Below are positions 62,660 through 64,000 of a stretch of DNA of 64,000 nucleotides, piece after piece. The DNA is from Chiloscyllium plagiosum. Taxonomy: Eukaryota. The stretch covers positions 10,333,737 to 10,397,736 of the forward strand of contig NC_057752.1 in the NCBI RefSeq assembly GCF_004010195.1, read 5' to 3'. A program made the translations under genes and the position numbers. Under the pieces are notes generated by a model that worked only from the letters and a program-made list of their open reading frames with translations, was not told the origin of the DNA and searched no databases. Each line of letters opens with the position of its first letter. Position 1 is the stretch's first letter.

Positions 62660-63647
62660 AATGATTTTGCCTTCGAATGTGAAAGTTGATCAGTAAATTT
62701 GCAGACCAGACAAAAAAAACAAAGTGGAAGTGGTAAATAATGAGGGAGATGGCCTTTTGATTACAGGAGGATACAGATGGGCTGATCAGTGAGAAACTGA
62801 GTTCAATCTGGATAAGTGAGGTGCTGCACTTCAGAACAAACAAGTCAAGGGGATAGATGATTGGGAGAACCCTGGAAAACAAAGGTTTCGGAAAACCTTT
62901 TGGTGTGCATGTGCACCAGTCCCTTTTAGGGATCAGGGTAAATGGTTAAGAAAGCATTTGGTATACCTGCTGAGGCACACAGTTTACGAGCAGGGAGATG
63001 ATGTTGGAACAGCATAAAATGCTGGTTGGGCCACAGGATCCATACAGGGAGGATGTGGTAGCACTGGAAGTTGCGGAGGAGATGCACCAGGATGTTGCCT
63101 GGGCTGGAGAGTTCATGGAGGAATTGGACCGTGGCTTTCCTTGAAGCGGAAGAGATTGATTGATTGGGCCATGATTTGAGGAGCATAGGGTAGACCAACC
63201 TTTCCCTTTGATAGAAGGGCCAGTGACTAGGGGCATCCTCTTTTACAGTAAGGGGAAGAAGGTTTAGAGGAGTTGAGGAGAACCTTCACCCAGACACTGG
63301 TAGGCATCTGAAAGTTGCTGCCTGTATGAGGATGTTGGAGGCAGAAACCCTCAGCATTGCAATTGCACATCTAAGCACTTAAATGCTTAGGCATACAAGG
63401 CTATGGGCCAAGTACTGGAAAATGGGATTAGAATAGGTGTTTGTATCTGCTCTGGCCAAAAATGGGCCTATTTATCATCTGGACTGTCGATCTGACTTTG
63501 ATTTGACCTCCATACCACTGATCTCCCCCATCTATAATTGTGCAGTCACTCCTTGGGCAAAGTGATAACTCCATTCTTCAGGTGTGACTAACCTAATTTT
63601 TGGCTACTTTTTTCCCTTGCGGTATTTAATTGTTTAATCTTTCTCAG

Positions 63648-63765
63648 AACCACAGTGAAAAGCTCCTATTTGGGACATCCATCACAGAACTCTCTGGAAG
63701 CCTACCGCTATCTGGATTGTGGGTCCAATTCAACAGTATATAGAAGACCTCCTTTGAATCACTGA
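63648..63765 (+). CDS. TMEM106C: TMEM106C last coding exon (TTVKSSYLGHPSQNSLEAYRYLDCGSNSTVYRRPPLNH*)
   Basis: Acceptor ctttctcag|. Conserved Y-x-DCG-x-NST C-terminal motif. TGA at 63763-63765. Total CDS of 780 nt is divisible by 3 with no internal stop. Confidence 0.94.
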
Positions 63766-64000
63766 GACCTCTACAGTCTGATTGGAAATGATGGTTCAAA
63801 GCAACTTCTTCAATTGTTTTCATTAATGTGGGACTTCTCTCCTCCCTGTTTAGCTGGAAAGTGACTGCAGCAAGTAGATTTGAGGAGTTTTCTGTTTCTG
63901 CACTCTTTTTATAAGGCATGTGGCCGTGTAGAGCATCCTTAACCTTGTTTTGTTTTTAATCAAAAAGGTTTGAGAGCATTGCTTTCAACCTTCCTGAGTA
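63766..64000 (+). other. TMEM106C: Start of TMEM106C 3' UTR (probably continues beyond the window)
   Basis: Follows the stop codon. No AATAAA seen before the window end. Confidence 0.7.

Larger units (their letters stand above)
60000..63490 (+). mobile_element. Old CR1 LINE split by a CR1 3' fragment (about 60600-60890) and an LTR-like segment
   Basis: Degenerate colinear CR1 ORF2 motifs at 60000-61450 that resume at about 62670 (cagtaaatttgcagaccagac) and run to the tail near 63490. Confidence 0.7.

Overview
Eukaryotic, repeat-dense vertebrate DNA, almost certainly from a shark or other elasmobranch (inferred from HE1-type V-SINEs and HER1-type CR1 LINEs). It holds the complete coding sequence of one + strand gene, TMEM106C, in 7 coding exons: 7962-8154, 27003-27066, 33764-33923, 49827-49967, 50291-50340, 54539-54592 and 63648-63765. 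These total 780 nt (259 aa + stop), and all introns are GT-AG with consistent phases. A CpG-rich promoter with a perfect NRF1 palindrome sits just upstream of the ATG. Nearly everything else is nested transposable-element debris: CR1/HER1, Rex1/Babar and Tx1-like LINEs; HE1, Deu-type and other SINEs; Penelope-like elements (PLEs); solo-LTR-like segments; and Tigger-like MITEs. Most ORFs in the supplied track are TE fragments or noise. No prokaryotic system, CRISPR array or RNA gene is supported. The two best candidates for something under-described are (1) a compact CR1-group LINE whose 5' end is a tRNA-like SINE head, with short head+tail elements of the same family elsewhere in the window, and (2) TSD-flanked mini-PLEs carrying minimal hammerhead-ribozyme cores, some as inverted pairs. 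TE boundaries are approximate unless a TSD is quoted. Family names come from recalled consensus features, not database searches.
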